Source: Acidobacteriaceae bacterium
Lineage (GTDB): Bacteria > Acidobacteriota > Terriglobia > Bryobacterales > Bryobacteraceae
Assembly (NCBI GenBank): GCA_019240475.1
Contig: JAFAYI010000008.1
Location: 12,980-76,979, forward strand
Length of the DNA stretch: 64,000 nt
Direction: 5' to 3'
Notes under the pieces: model-generated
The model's database searches: none
What the model was told of the DNA's origin: nothing
What the model saw: only the letters and a program-made list of their open reading frames with translations
Part shown: piece by piece, positions 62,770-64,000 of the stretch
Layout: each line of letters opens with the position of its first letter
Position numbering within the stretch: position 1 is the first letter of the stretch
Made by a program: the position numbers and the translations under genes

Positions 62770-64000
62770 TCACAGTGCCTTCTCTATTGGGAATATATGC
62801 GAGATGCGTTCGTGCTCCTGGAGTTGTCCTCGCTCCAGAACATAGTGGTGGTCGATCGGCAAGTAATTTCGCTGCCAATGGTGGCTAATGATGAGCGTTG
62901 TTTTTCCCTGTCGGGCACTTGGCAGGGAAGCATAGATGGCGGCCTCGTTCTCTTGATCGAGATTGGTTGTCGCTTCATCTAGAACCAGCAGTCCGCCAGG
63001 CCGTAGCAGGGCTCTCGCGAGCGCAATCCGCTGTCTCTGACCGCCGGATAGTTTGGCGCCGTGTGGCCCAACCATAGTTTGAAAACCACTTGGCATCTGC
63101 TCAATGAACTCGAGAGCATTTGCGAGCGCTGCGGCGCGCCGCACTTCGGAATCCGTCGCGTCGGGTTTGCCGAGACGTATGTTGTCGGCAATGGATTCGG
63201 AAAATAGAAAAGTATCTTGCGAAACGATGGCCATTTGCCTGCGCAGCTCGCGTAGGTCGTAGTCGTCGAGGTCGGCACCGTGGAAGTAGATACGCCCGGC
63301 GGTCGGTCTGAGCAGCCGGGGCAACAATTTCACCAGGGTCGTTTTTCCGCTTCCACTCGGGCCTGAAATCAAGACAACTTGGCCGGGGCTGACGTTCAAG
63401 TTTACAGACCGAAGGACGGGCGCGCGCCCCGGGTACGAGAAAGTTACGTCTTCCAGACATAAGTCACCATGCCGCGCGGTAGCCCGCGGAGCCTGCCTTG
63501 CGCGCCCGGGAGAGTGCGGCCTGGGCGTGGCGGGAGCCGATTCGGATTCGGATCTGATCCACTCCAATACTTTGCGCATACCTGTAGCGGCGCTTTGCAG
63601 GCCAAGCACTTGCTGCACGCCGGTATTGAGCGGCCCCAGCAGACAAGTCAGGGTTGTTGTCAGGCCGACGAGCCCGCCGAGCGTGAGCTTGCCGGATACG
63701 ATATACAGGCTTCCCCATAGCGTGACCCCGGAGCTGATTGCGAGCACAATGGCTTGTCCAGCCGTGCTGGCGCCGATCATCAGCAAGCGCGCCTGCAGTA
63801 AAGATCGGGCACGCTTGACCGCCGACCGGTAGACCCGGCGTTTGCGGCGCGCCTCCGCGGCGAACAGTTTGGTGGTTGACAGCCCTGTGAGGCTATCGTA
63901 AAGCTCTTTGGAAGCCGCCGCGGTACTTTCACTCACTTTTACAAAGGCGAGCGTGGTTCTTTTCTTCAGACGGATGATGACCAGCGCGTGCAACGCAAGG
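62770..64000 (-). CDS. ABC exporter, fused permease/ATPase; 5' end lies beyond the window
   Basis: Walker A is ISGPSGSGKTTL, the signature motif is LSGGQRQRIALARA, and Walker B is LLVLDEATTNLD. The frame stays open to nt 64000. The upstream part is the C-terminal end of the TM domain. Confidence 0.85.
   Translation of the reverse strand, partial: LALHALVIIRLKKRTTLAFVKVSESTAAASKELYDSLTGLSTTKLFAAEARRKRRVYRSAVKRARSLLQARLLMIGASTAGQAIVLAISSGVTLWGSLYIVSGKLTLGGLVGLTTTLTCLLGPLNTGVQQVLGLQSAATGMRKVLEWIRSESESAPATPRPHSPGRARQAPRATARHGDLCLEDVTFSYPGRAPVLRSVNLNVSPGQVVLISGPSGSGKTTLVKLLPRLLRPTAGRIYFHGADLDDYDLRELRRQMAIVSQDTFLFSESIADNIRLGKPDATDSEVRRAAALANALEFIEQMPSGFQTMVGPHGAKLSGGQRQRIALARALLRPGGLLVLDEATTNLDQENEAAIYASLPSARQGKTTLIISHHWQRNYLPIDHHYVLERGQLQEHERISHIFPIEKAL

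Overview
Moderately GC-rich bacterial window. The gene content, including a roughly 1250-aa CarboxypepD_reg-type TonB receptor, suggests an Acidobacteriota-like soil organism; this is inference only. I saw no rRNA, tRNA, CRISPR array, transposase or integrase. There are four blocks. (1) nt 1-28836 is a near-complete Afp/PVC-type extracellular contractile injection system (eCIS). It has two sheath and two tube paralogues, a LysM tube initiator, a split gpD+gpV spike, gp25/gpJ/gpI baseplate genes, three tandem paralogous fibre-position genes, an AAA+ ATPase, and two payload genes sharing a near-identical DUF4157 N-terminal cassette. The cap/terminator gene is not in the window. (2) nt 29291-32169 holds a zinc-ribbon/coiled-coil membrane protein and an orphan sigma-54 activator with a degenerate receiver domain. 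(3) nt 32293-42201 is the most novel-looking part: a divergently transcribed RiPP-like biosynthetic locus. It centres on a 70-aa ORF with nine tandem Ala-Arg-His-x-Gly-Leu units. Around it are a ferredoxin/radical-SAM-SPASM/DUF3050 fusion, a PqqD-like protein, a PRMT-like and an NPPF methyltransferase, two SagB-type dehydrogenases without a YcaO, a butyrobetaine-hydroxylase-like dioxygenase, a GCS2 ligase and a cupin. I do not recognise it as any named RiPP class. (4) nt 42707-64000 is ordinary accessory content: a KTSC protein, a TonB receptor with glycoside hydrolases, two decayed genes, sugar-modification genes, an ECF sigma pair, and a JmjC cupin coupled to a partial ABC exporter. All family calls come from motif recognition by eye, and no searches were run.
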